24,000 bases of DNA, taken from the sequence record NC_031070.1. One strand, written 5' to 3'. The position numbers were made by a program, and so were the translations under genes. The stretch's first letter is position 1; every line of letters starts with the position of its first letter. The DNA is from Bacillus phage Nemo. Below, in pieces: positions 15,899-23,257 of this stretch. The notes beneath the pieces were generated by a model that saw nothing but the letters and a program-made list of their open reading frames with translations, had not been told where the DNA came from and ran no database searches.

Positions 15899-15954
15899 GA
15901 CAAGCCTAATATTTAAAATAGAGGCTTGTCTTCCTTTTATACATATGATACAAT
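15899..15954 (+). promoter_or_regulatory. Terminator hairpin fused to promoter
   Basis: GACAAGCCT (15899-15907) / AGGCTTGTC (15922-15930), then TTCCTTTTAT. -35 TTGTCT (15926-15931) lies mostly in the 3' arm; 17 nt; TACAAT (15949-15954). Confidence 0.85.
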
Positions 15955-16000
15955 GATTACAGGTTAAGAAATACAATACATATAAGGGTGGTAGATTCAT

Positions 16001-16180
16001 ATGACAATTAAAGAAGGCTCTAAGGTTAGTGTTAAAACTCAAATGGGGTATAAGTTCACAGGCACGGTTACAACTGGTGTGGATTCTCGTACAATATGGG
16101 TTATCAATGACTATGAAGGCACAATGCACGTAGTAGACTTGAAAAACGACAAAGTCACAGTAATAGAAGGGGCTTTGTAA
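16001..16180 (+). CDS. Small hypothetical protein, 59 aa
   Basis: AAGGGTGGTAG upstream; MTIKEGSKVSVKTQMGYKFTGTVTTGVDSRTIWVINDYEGTMHVVDLKNDKVTVIEGAL, beta-rich SH3/KOW-like pattern. Not in the track. Confidence 0.75.
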   Translation: MTIKEGSKVSVKTQMGYKFTGTVTTGVDSRTIWVINDYEGTMHVVDLKNDKVTVIEGAL

Positions 16181-16181
16181 T

Positions 16182-16385
16182 ATGTGTCAAGTTGTCTCGT
16201 TCACAAACTATAAAGCGCACGGGGCGGTGATTGATGATAGATTTGTATATCACTGTGCAAACGGTGAGTGTCATGCGGTCGCCTATCATGGGGAACCTGT
16301 TGAATGTCCGGAGTGTGGCTGTAATCTCGTGGTTGAAACTTTCATAACGGATGAGGGTGTCAGTGAGAGTTATAAGGTCGTATAA
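16182..16385 (+). CDS. Small cysteine-rich, probable zinc-ribbon protein, 67 aa
   Basis: YHCANGEC...VECPECGCNLVV; GAAGGGG upstream. Confidence 0.75.
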   Translation: MCQVVSFTNYKAHGAVIDDRFVYHCANGECHAVAYHGEPVECPECGCNLVVETFITDEGVSESYKVV

Positions 16386-16393
16386 AAAAAGTG

Positions 16394-16422
16394 TTGCAAC
16401 TAGAAAATACATATGATACAAT
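16394..16422 (+). promoter_or_regulatory. SigA-like extended -10 promoter
   Basis: AAAAAAAGTG-TTGCAA, 17 nt, TACAAT, then GATTATAGGTTAAG. Confidence 0.85.
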
Positions 16423-16469
16423 GATTATAGGTTAAGAAAACAAATAACTTTATAAGGTGGTAGTTAAAT

Positions 16470-16922
16470 ATGAAAAAGTTAAATGATGGTTTACAGGTGG
16501 TTCAAGAGTGCGTTATGTTCGATTGTCATTATAGCACTTGTGATGATATCCGTGTAGTCAAGGATTCAAACAATAATGTTACTGTTGCAATTCGTGTGGA
16601 TAACGGAGAAACAATGTCAACACCAAGCGCAAACTTAACACCAGCTGAGATTGTACTATTTACAGAAACGTTAGTAAAGTTTCTTGAGAGCATTGAAAGA
16701 GCTGATAAGTTCCCAGTTAACAAAGAAGTTGTTATATGTCCAGAGTCAGACAATACCAAGTTTACAGTATCAGTTAATCACTATGATTGTGATATATGTT
16801 TTGATATGTACGGCGATAGAATCTACCTCGACGTGTTCCAAGTGCAGGACATTATAAACCTGCTAAACAAAGAATTAAAACATGTTCATATCTCAGAGCG
16901 TGTTATAGGGGGTGGACAGTAA
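16470..16922 (+). CDS. Hypothetical protein, 150 aa, two similar halves
   Basis: AAGGTGGTAG leader; related by eye to 22164..22589. Confidence 0.85.
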   Translation: MKKLNDGLQVVQECVMFDCHYSTCDDIRVVKDSNNNVTVAIRVDNGETMSTPSANLTPAEIVLFTETLVKFLESIERADKFPVNKEVVICPESDNTKFTVSVNHYDCDICFDMYGDRIYLDVFQVQDIINLLNKELKHVHISERVIGGGQ

Positions 16923-17116
16923 TGCAAATCAAATTGAGACAAAGTAACATTGTACAGGTTATGGAAGACATTAAGGAAGCTCACGAGGATGTTATGAGCG
17001 GGGCAATGAGGAAAGTACAGTGCATACAGTTAATTGCAGACTGTCGAGAAGTTAAAATGATTCTAGTTAATGAATTATGGGAAGAAATGTACAGGGGGTT
17101 CGATTATAATGTTTAA
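16922..17116 (+). CDS. Hypothetical protein, 64 aa
   Basis: Coupled ATG; GGGGGTGG upstream. Confidence 0.75.
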   Translation: MQIKLRQSNIVQVMEDIKEAHEDVMSGAMRKVQCIQLIADCREVKMILVNELWEEMYRGFDYNV

Positions 17117-17444
17117 TGTTAACGACTTTCAATTTGTAGTTATTAGTAATGACACACAGGCGGTATTCGGTTTGGATGTAGGGGAACAAAAGGAAGGCGC
17201 AATATTAATGTATGACCTTAACGTGTACCTTTTAGCAGGTTTGGAGAACGGGGAATATGTTGATAGATTTAATTACTCTAATAGAGATGAGGACGAGGCA
17301 AGGGCGGCGTATATGGTTTGGTTCGCGTGGTCTAATAGTCTACGTGAAGAACTAGAGTTAAAAGGCTTCTCAATGGCTAGTAACAAGGTTACAACGAAAG
17401 TACAGTGTTTAATAGAGGAAGCACAGGAGGAGTTAAACAAATGA
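17109..17444 (+). CDS. Hypothetical acidic protein, 111 aa
   Basis: ATG17109 (MFNVNDFQF) has AGGGGGTT upstream; the track start 17070 lies deep in the previous gene. Confidence 0.7.
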   Translation: MFNVNDFQFVVISNDTQAVFGLDVGEQKEGAILMYDLNVYLLAGLENGEYVDRFNYSNRDEDEARAAYMVWFAWSNSLREELELKGFSMASNKVTTKVQCLIEEAQEELNK

Positions 17445-17536
17445 GCATGAGAGGTAGTTTAAAAATGGTTGTGTGTATTGGGTTTATGGGTGGAGTTATT
17501 TGGGGAATGGCACAATTCTTAGAAATTATGAATTAA
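17441..17536 (+). CDS. Very small membrane protein, 31 aa
   Basis: CAGGAGGAG upstream; MSMRGSLKMVVCIGFMGGVIWGMAQFLEIMN. Not in the track. Confidence 0.55.
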   Translation: MSMRGSLKMVVCIGFMGGVIWGMAQFLEIMN

Positions 17537-17545
17537 TTTAAAATT

Positions 17546-17579
17546 GGGGGTTGTCACCCCCTTACATTCATGCTACAAT
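17546..17579 (+). promoter_or_regulatory. Hairpin-embedded promoter
   Basis: GGGGGT-TGTC-ACCCCC with -35 TTGTCA (17551-17556); 17 nt; TACAAT (17574-17579); then GATTACAGGTTAAC. Confidence 0.85.
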
Positions 17580-17624
17580 GATTACAGGTTAACAAATACA
17601 TATAAAAAAGGATGGTAGTTACAT

Positions 17625-17957
17625 ATGAATAAAACAATTAGTATGGTTGATGTAGTGGCAGAGGCTCAAGAGGTTAAAGGCTGGGAAGTTAGCAACGTTC
17701 ACCCAACTTATATGAACATTACTAATGAAAAAGGTCACGGGCTATATGTTCAAATCCATTCGTTAACGAAAGATATTGTTATTGCAGCTCGACATAATGA
17801 GCGTATAACGGAGACAGTAACGGCTATAGGAAATAATCGTCCTATAATGGATGTTATCGCGGCGATGGTTGACACGTTTGATGCTATCGAAGAAATTAAA
17901 AGTAAAGGTATAAACTGGGTTTGTTACGTTCGTAAAATCAAAACATCAGATTTATAA
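17625..17957 (+). CDS. Hypothetical protein, 110 aa
   Basis: AAGGATGGTAG leader upstream. Confidence 0.85.
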   Translation: MNKTISMVDVVAEAQEVKGWEVSNVHPTYMNITNEKGHGLYVQIHSLTKDIVIAARHNERITETVTAIGNNRPIMDVIAAMVDTFDAIEEIKSKGINWVCYVRKIKTSDL

Positions 17958-17966
17958 AATAATCTG

Positions 17967-17996
17967 TTGACAGTTTCAAAGGTTGCATGATACAAT
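17967..17996 (+). promoter_or_regulatory. SigA-like extended -10 promoter
   Basis: TTGACA within CTGTTGACAG, 18 nt, TACAAT, then GATTACAGGTTAAG. Confidence 0.85.
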
Positions 17997-18041
17997 GATT
18001 ACAGGTTAAGAAAACAACAAATTAATAGGAGGTAGTTACAT

Positions 18042-18509
18042 ATGGCTACAGATAGAATTCAAAAAGGTGAAGAAATGGTAATTATCAACACGAATCTTTT
18101 TAACAAAAAGTATAAGAAAGTGTTAATGGAAACAGTTGTCGTAACAGACATTACAAGCATTGACGAGGGTGTTGTTGAGTGTAAATACACTGGTTATAAT
18201 TTCGCGGGTGATTTAACAGAAACATTAGTACTTCCATTACTAGTATTAAAACGTAAAAATCAATTGAATGATGATGAGTATGATACGTACTTAGAAGTTA
18301 ATAAGAATAAGCTATTCGCTTCTAAATCCACTGAGATTGCTCATATAATTATCAAAGAGTACAAAGAATATGGACATGTTCATAACAGCCGTATAACGGA
18401 ACTATGCAACACTATTGCGGGGCTTTACGAGTTCGACAAACATAACTTTATGTCTCTGGTTTTATCACAAGTAATCACAATCACAAAAACTATGAAAGAG
18501 GGAAAATAA
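18042..18509 (+). CDS. Hypothetical protein, 155 aa
   Basis: AGGAGGTAG leader upstream. Confidence 0.85.
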   Translation: MATDRIQKGEEMVIINTNLFNKKYKKVLMETVVVTDITSIDEGVVECKYTGYNFAGDLTETLVLPLLVLKRKNQLNDDEYDTYLEVNKNKLFASKSTEIAHIIIKEYKEYGHVHNSRITELCNTIAGLYEFDKHNFMSLVLSQVITITKTMKEGK

Positions 18510-18510
18510 T

Positions 18511-18792
18511 ATGTATACATTAAATGATGAGTTAATCAAAGTTCAAGTATGGTTTGAGGACGCTGTAGAAATGTTAAATGAAGGAATCGCGGTAACTGTT
18601 GAGGTTAATGGTTACGATTATGAAATTGACCTAGCTGCAAACTATATAGGTGGTGACCACTTACCAGATGATGAATTTATTAGCGAAGTACTAGGGAACG
18701 TACATTACAACGGTGCTGAGAATGTTATTTTTAAAACAGTAGATTACCTACTTAATGGACATAGTATAAAAGATATTAATGTAACGTTTTAA
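18511..18792 (+). CDS. Hypothetical acidic protein, 93 aa
   Basis: GAGGGAAA upstream, adjacent to the preceding stop. Confidence 0.8.
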   Translation: MYTLNDELIKVQVWFEDAVEMLNEGIAVTVEVNGYDYEIDLAANYIGGDHLPDDEFISEVLGNVHYNGAENVIFKTVDYLLNGHSIKDINVTF

Positions 18793-18797
18793 TAAAT

Positions 18798-18832
18798 AGG
18801 GGCTTGTCAGCCCCTTGCATATATGATACAAT
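18798..18832 (+). promoter_or_regulatory. Hairpin-embedded promoter
   Basis: AGGGGCT-TGTC-AGCCCCT with -35 TTGTCA (18804-18809); 17 nt; TACAAT (18827-18832); then GATTACAGGTTAAG. Confidence 0.85.
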
Positions 18833-18880
18833 GATTACAGGTTAAGAAAACAAATACAAATTAAAGGATGGTAGATTATA

Positions 18881-19234
18881 ATGACAAACGTATACGGAAA
18901 GACTGAATTCTCTGGGGAACTTTATGCAATCAATGAAGAAGAAACAATGATTTACAAATTAGAGAGCTTTAATCAAATGAGCATGAACAAGGATTTCGGG
19001 TTATCGGTTGATATGGAGCTTATCGCGGGTTATGACTACGTTGAGATGGATTACAGCAATAAGCAAGGTTGGGTGTCTAAAGAGGGCTTTGTAGAAACAA
19101 CACATAACGAAACATTCACATTCTATCCATTCGTTGAGACTTTAGCAGAGGCGCTAAAAGAAGCAGGGTTCAAACAACTGTCAACGATTGCAGGTATCAC
19201 AATCCACCCGTTCGCAGGTGGAGAAGATGAATAG
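18881..19234 (+). CDS. Hypothetical acidic protein, 117 aa
   Basis: AAGGATGGTAG leader upstream. Confidence 0.85.
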   Translation: MTNVYGKTEFSGELYAINEEETMIYKLESFNQMSMNKDFGLSVDMELIAGYDYVEMDYSNKQGWVSKEGFVETTHNETFTFYPFVETLAEALKEAGFKQLSTIAGITIHPFAGGEDE

Positions 19235-19445
19235 CCTTACAAACGGTAACGGTTGGGAATACTCTAATGAAAACTTTGACCGTAATACACTCATCGTTAG
19301 ATGGTGGGTGTATTGGTCGGGGTGGATAGATGAGCAGTTTCTGGAGCACGACCCTATAGAGTTTTTAAAAGTACCAGTTAAATATAAATGTTGGGGAAAA
19401 GGAGTGCAGGACAATGACAGAAACGTTGTTATGTTTAAATACTGA
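19227..19445 (+). CDS. Hypothetical Trp-rich protein, 72 aa
   Basis: ATG19227 with GGTGGAG upstream; preferred to the track start at 19188. Confidence 0.75.
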   Translation: MNSLTNGNGWEYSNENFDRNTLIVRWWVYWSGWIDEQFLEHDPIEFLKVPVKYKCWGKGVQDNDRNVVMFKY

Positions 19446-19830
19446 GACAAGCCTTTTCATGGGTGAAGGTTTACCAGCTGGAGCTATTACCGAGATGTAT
19501 GGAACGGCTCTGGATTATGCGGCACAGTATGCAGGGTTTTACGGGTCAATACAAGACATTGTTTACAACGGTGATAGTTTACTATCTTATGATTACTGTG
19601 ATGCTGAGGTCAGGATTTTAGCAGCGTACAGCGGTGTTGGGACTTCTAAGATTATAGCAGACGAACAGGAGCATTTAAACAGCTATCTAGAATGGTTGAC
19701 AAAAGAAACATTATGGTGTAACATGGTATACGGTGCTAGTCCTAGTGAACTAGCGAAAATGTTCAAAGATTTAGAGTTTAACAGTTTGGTAGCAATGTTA
19801 GGTACAACAAAATATTATAAAGGGTGGTAG
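19414..19830 (+). CDS. Hypothetical protein, 138 aa
   Basis: AAAAGGAG upstream; overlaps neighbours. Confidence 0.8.
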   Translation: MTETLLCLNTETSLFMGEGLPAGAITEMYGTALDYAAQYAGFYGSIQDIVYNGDSLLSYDYCDAEVRILAAYSGVGTSKIIADEQEHLNSYLEWLTKETLWCNMVYGASPSELAKMFKDLEFNSLVAMLGTTKYYKGW

Positions 19831-19835
19831 TTATA

Positions 19836-20435
19836 ATGACAGAGGTAACTTTAACAAATGCAGAGGAAACAGACAAAATTTTATTCGTTAGTGATTTAAT
19901 TAAATCATTCCAACGTATACAGAAAGGTAAGCAATTCCGTTTCTGGTATAGAGATGTGCAACATGTAGACAAGCCTCTAAAATCTGTTGATGGTAGAATA
20001 GCAAATTCGTTTCTACAATCTTTCGATGTTAAAAGCGCGTTTGATGAAATAACAAACATTCAATATCAAAATGTTGAACAAATTATATTCCTTGAGAATG
20101 GTTCTATGTATGATTTACGTGCTGATTTGTTTAAACATGCTCTTGACATTACAGAAACAGCACTATTTAAATACCTTACCAACATTGATGAAAAGCGCAT
20201 ATTGATTACTGTAATAGCTAAAGATATGAATTACAAGATTATTAGAAATATTACGGGACGAATCGACGTCGTGAGCGCGGAAAGTGAAGTCGTTGTTGTT
20301 AGACATGATGACTCACCTAGCCAGTGTACAGAAATTGGATTCGAGGAAATTATGAGCATTCAAGAACGATTACAAAATGAAGATAGCATTGAGTTTACTT
20401 TCATCAATAATAACTTATGGAGGTCTACAAAATGA
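19836..20435 (+). CDS. Hypothetical protein, 199 aa
   Basis: ATG19836 follows an AGGGTGGTAG leader-like SD; the antisense ORF 19778..20059 is rejected. Confidence 0.8.
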   Translation: MTEVTLTNAEETDKILFVSDLIKSFQRIQKGKQFRFWYRDVQHVDKPLKSVDGRIANSFLQSFDVKSAFDEITNIQYQNVEQIIFLENGSMYDLRADLFKHALDITETALFKYLTNIDEKRILITVIAKDMNYKIIRNITGRIDVVSAESEVVVVRHDDSPSQCTEIGFEEIMSIQERLQNEDSIEFTFINNNLWRSTK

Positions 20436-20845
20436 CACAAACGCATACAGGCTCTATGTGGGACTTTATGCCCACATTAGACGAAAAGAAGACAATTGCA
20501 CCAGCTCCGGAGGTAATCGCACACAGCGAGCCTCTAGAGCCCTTAAAAGTCATTATGGATGAGCTTACCTTTAAAACTGATTTGCTAGATAAAGTTTTAT
20601 TATCTCTAGAGGTTAATACAGTACGAGTTATATACATCGATAGTAGTAAAAAGCAGAATTATAGCATAGTTGATGGAGTTATACAAGGAAAACTTGACGG
20701 TCAGTTAATTGTTAAGCATCAAGTAAACTATGACTTGACATATATTGACTTTGTTGATATCATTATCATTGCCGAGTTAGGGAATCATACATTTTATGAC
20801 TTTGACAAGCGTTACCAAGACTATAGAGAAAAGGCGGGGGAATAA
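20432..20845 (+). CDS. Hypothetical protein, 137 aa
   Basis: ATG20432 after TGGAGGT. Confidence 0.8.
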   Translation: MTQTHTGSMWDFMPTLDEKKTIAPAPEVIAHSEPLEPLKVIMDELTFKTDLLDKVLLSLEVNTVRVIYIDSSKKQNYSIVDGVIQGKLDGQLIVKHQVNYDLTYIDFVDIIIIAELGNHTFYDFDKRYQDYREKAGE

Positions 20846-20846
20846 C

Positions 20847-21287
20847 ATGGCTGGACGTATTATGGAGTTATCAATCCCATTTAATGGTGAAGGATTTGAA
20901 AAAAATGGTAAGATAGTGTATACTTTTGATAGGGATACTATTGTTTTTAAACAAGTATGCGAGGTTCACAACAGTGAATTAATTTACACTAAGATTACTA
21001 CAATTGTAGACCGTGCGCAATTCGAAACAGGTGTTGACAAATTAAAGGGAACTAATTATGTATGTTTCCGTGACCACAACGACGAGATTACAATATCAAT
21101 CGACATTAAGGTTCGTTTAACAGACGGTAAACGCGAAATTGTAGCCGATGTACGTATGTATCATTTAGGGAAGAATATAACAGGAGAAGTGACTGTGGCA
21201 CTTGACAAACTAGAGTTAATGTGCAGCGAGATTACACGCAATCAACGAATTATGGATAACGAGTTAACACAGGAGGTTGTTAATTAA
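20847..21287 (+). CDS. Hypothetical protein, 146 aa
   Basis: ATG20847 after GGCGGGGG; adjacent to the preceding stop. Confidence 0.8.
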   Translation: MAGRIMELSIPFNGEGFEKNGKIVYTFDRDTIVFKQVCEVHNSELIYTKITTIVDRAQFETGVDKLKGTNYVCFRDHNDEITISIDIKVRLTDGKREIVADVRMYHLGKNITGEVTVALDKLELMCSEITRNQRIMDNELTQEVVN

Positions 21288-21694
21288 TGGTTAAACGGTT
21301 AACTGATAGAGAAATAAGCATGGTACACGCTGGTTTTACGCCTATTGATGATAATAAGGTATCATTCTCTTTAACAGCAGAGGAAAGCAACACCTTGTAT
21401 TGTTCTCTCATTGTGTACAATAAGGAATCTTTAAAACGTTTGTTCGATAAGTCCAGAGTGTATGAGCTAACATATGATGACTTGGAACAACTTGTAATTT
21501 CTTTAGGGCAAACAACAAACAACGATGTAAAACGTGTATGGGACATTCTAGAGTTTAATACAGCTCAACAACACCCCGTGGACGGATGGGTAACAGGAGG
21601 ACGAACGCCGCGCGATGGCGGTTACCGCTTGTTTCTTATGTTAGAAAATGCATACGTTTACTTTGCTGGGAAGGATATTGAATACAATGACTGA
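21287..21694 (+). CDS. Hypothetical protein, 135 aa
   Basis: Coupled ATG; CAGGAGG upstream. Confidence 0.8.
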   Translation: MVKRLTDREISMVHAGFTPIDDNKVSFSLTAEESNTLYCSLIVYNKESLKRLFDKSRVYELTYDDLEQLVISLGQTTNNDVKRVWDILEFNTAQQHPVDGWVTGGRTPRDGGYRLFLMLENAYVYFAGKDIEYND

Positions 21695-22076
21695 AATATA
21701 TCGTAATTACATTGTGTCAAAGCGTATCAAGGCAACACCTGCAAACTTTTTTGATGCTGTACTAGATTTACACGCGAAAATAGAGTTCATCAATCTAACG
21801 TATCGAGAGTATGACGGTGTACTTTATACACATGTTTGCAGAGTCGTAGAAGTATGTGACCGTGTACTCATCATTGAGCGACTACCGCACGCATATGAGG
21901 TGGAGACAGGCGCACAAGCGGGTAAACTAATTGATACTATAGTGAAGATGGACGCTATTGTCAAACTAGAGAAAAGACAGTATGTAAATGACAGTGTTTA
22001 TGACAAATACTATACAGCGTTATGGGACGAGATGGACGACAATGAGGGATTAAATAGATTTACTGAAGATTTATAA
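21687..22076 (+). CDS. Hypothetical protein, 129 aa
   Basis: ATG21687 (MTEIYRNYIVSKR), GGGAAGGA upstream; the track start 21648 lies inside the preceding gene. Confidence 0.75.
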   Translation: MTEIYRNYIVSKRIKATPANFFDAVLDLHAKIEFINLTYREYDGVLYTHVCRVVEVCDRVLIIERLPHAYEVETGAQAGKLIDTIVKMDAIVKLEKRQYVNDSVYDKYYTALWDEMDDNEGLNRFTEDL

Positions 22077-22080
22077 AATA

Positions 22081-22114
22081 GGGGGTTGCAACCCCCTTAC
22101 ATACATGATACAAT
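22081..22114 (+). promoter_or_regulatory. Palindrome-embedded promoter
   Basis: GGGGGTTGCAACCCCC; -35 TTGCAA (22086-22091); 17 nt; TACAAT (22109-22114); then GAAGTCAGTTAAG. Confidence 0.85.
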
Positions 22115-22163
22115 GAAGTCAGTTAAGAAATACAAAAAAAAAAATATAAGGTGGTAGTTACAT

Positions 22164-22589
22164 ATGAAAGAATTAAAAGCGGTTGTGGAAATGGTTAGTC
22201 TTGGTTGTGTGTGTTCTGGTACGGATTACATGAATGTTGGCGTTACTGCTGAAGAAAACATTTCAATCTTAATGCATGATGACATGGGCGAAACGGTTGA
22301 GCGTATTGAGCGCCAACTAACACCAGAGCAAACAGCAGCCTTTACAGATAAAATCATGCAACTTCTATTGTCAATGTATCAAAATACTGGTGTTATGGGG
22401 AATATGGTTGAACGTATCGTACATGATGAAATTAATGATATTGATTTGCGTATCGGTCATGATGTTGAGGAACAGGAAGTTTTGATTGAGCTTAATGGCA
22501 CAGGAGTTATCCTTGTACTTGAACAAATTGAAAAGATTATGGACTTAATCCAAAAGGATAGAGTTAAAGGAAACATTTCATTCAATTAA
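22164..22589 (+). CDS. Hypothetical acidic protein, 141 aa, two similar halves
   Basis: AAGGTGGTAG leader; related by eye to 16470..16922. Confidence 0.85.
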   Translation: MKELKAVVEMVSLGCVCSGTDYMNVGVTAEENISILMHDDMGETVERIERQLTPEQTAAFTDKIMQLLLSMYQNTGVMGNMVERIVHDEINDIDLRIGHDVEEQEVLIELNGTGVILVLEQIEKIMDLIQKDRVKGNISFN

Positions 22590-22597
22590 TTTAAAAT

Positions 22598-22632
22598 AAG
22601 GGGTTCACAGCCCCTTGCATATATGATACAAT
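22598..22632 (+). promoter_or_regulatory. Hairpin-embedded promoter
   Basis: AAGGGGT-TCACA-GCCCCTT with weak -35 TTCACA (22604-22609); 17 nt; TACAAT (22627-22632); then GAAGTCAGTTAAG. Confidence 0.8.
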
Positions 22633-22683
22633 GAAGTCAGTTAAGAAATACATAAACAATTAAATAAATGGAGGTAGTTACAT

Positions 22684-23004
22684 ATGAAAATCAAACAAAT
22701 CTTGTTAAGTAATGGTACTGTAGTAGAAAAGGCTTTTCCAACTAAGATTGAGGATGTTACAAGCATCTATCAACTAGGTCTTGATGTGGTGGAGGAAAAG
22801 GAAAGATTATATAAGGCTATTCGTTTAGCTCCTACTGACATGCGTTACAATGAATTTGTTAAGTACCGTAAAGCATGGGTTAAGGAAATCATTGAACTAG
22901 AAACACTTTATAAAAACGTTTGCTATGCATACCATAACGAGCCGTTACCCGAGGTTATGGCACGTAAAAATGAATTTTTCACTGTAGGAGGTGTTGCTCT
23001 ATGA
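22684..23004 (+). CDS. Hypothetical protein, 106 aa
   Basis: GGAGGTAG leader upstream. Confidence 0.85.
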   Translation: MKIKQILLSNGTVVEKAFPTKIEDVTSIYQLGLDVVEEKERLYKAIRLAPTDMRYNEFVKYRKAWVKEIIELETLYKNVCYAYHNEPLPEVMARKNEFFTVGGVAL

Positions 23005-23225
23005 AACCAGCTAAAAAGATAGAATATGTACATGCAATTGATAACGAATTAAGGTTTTTACCGCATAACATTAAGGTGTCAAGAGTTTGGAATGGTGCGG
23101 ACTTTTGCGGAGAAGAAAAGGCAGAAACATTTGTCAATTTGTTGGGTGAAGGAGATTATAAGAAAGCTGCTACAAAGTTTACTAAAGAAGAATTACAAGG
23201 TATTTGGTATTTCGCGCAACACTAA
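23001..23225 (+). CDS. Hypothetical protein, 74 aa
   Basis: ATGA-type overlap; GTAGGAGGTG upstream. Confidence 0.8.
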   Translation: MKPAKKIEYVHAIDNELRFLPHNIKVSRVWNGADFCGEEKAETFVNLLGEGDYKKAATKFTKEELQGIWYFAQH

Positions 23226-23257
23226 ACTAAAACAATTATAAAGGATGGTAGATTATA

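Noticed and set aside
561-20059. Minus-strand ORFs in the track (for example 561..827, 3350..3658, 5211..5606, 15815..16129, 19181..19450, 19778..20059)
   Set aside because: They lie antisense to well-supported + strand genes, lack SD sequences and promoters, and show translations with S/L/C-rich shadow-ORF character.
20377-20562. Alternative + frame ORF of 61 aa overlapping 19836..20435 and 20432..20845
   Set aside because: No SD, and both overlapped genes have better starts and continuous coding logic.
13821-22616. Hairpins at unit junctions as one repressor operator
   Set aside because: Arm sequences differ strongly between sites while pairing is kept, which argues against one sequence-specific operator; a structural role is favoured. 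The inverted repeat at 14824 is considered separately.
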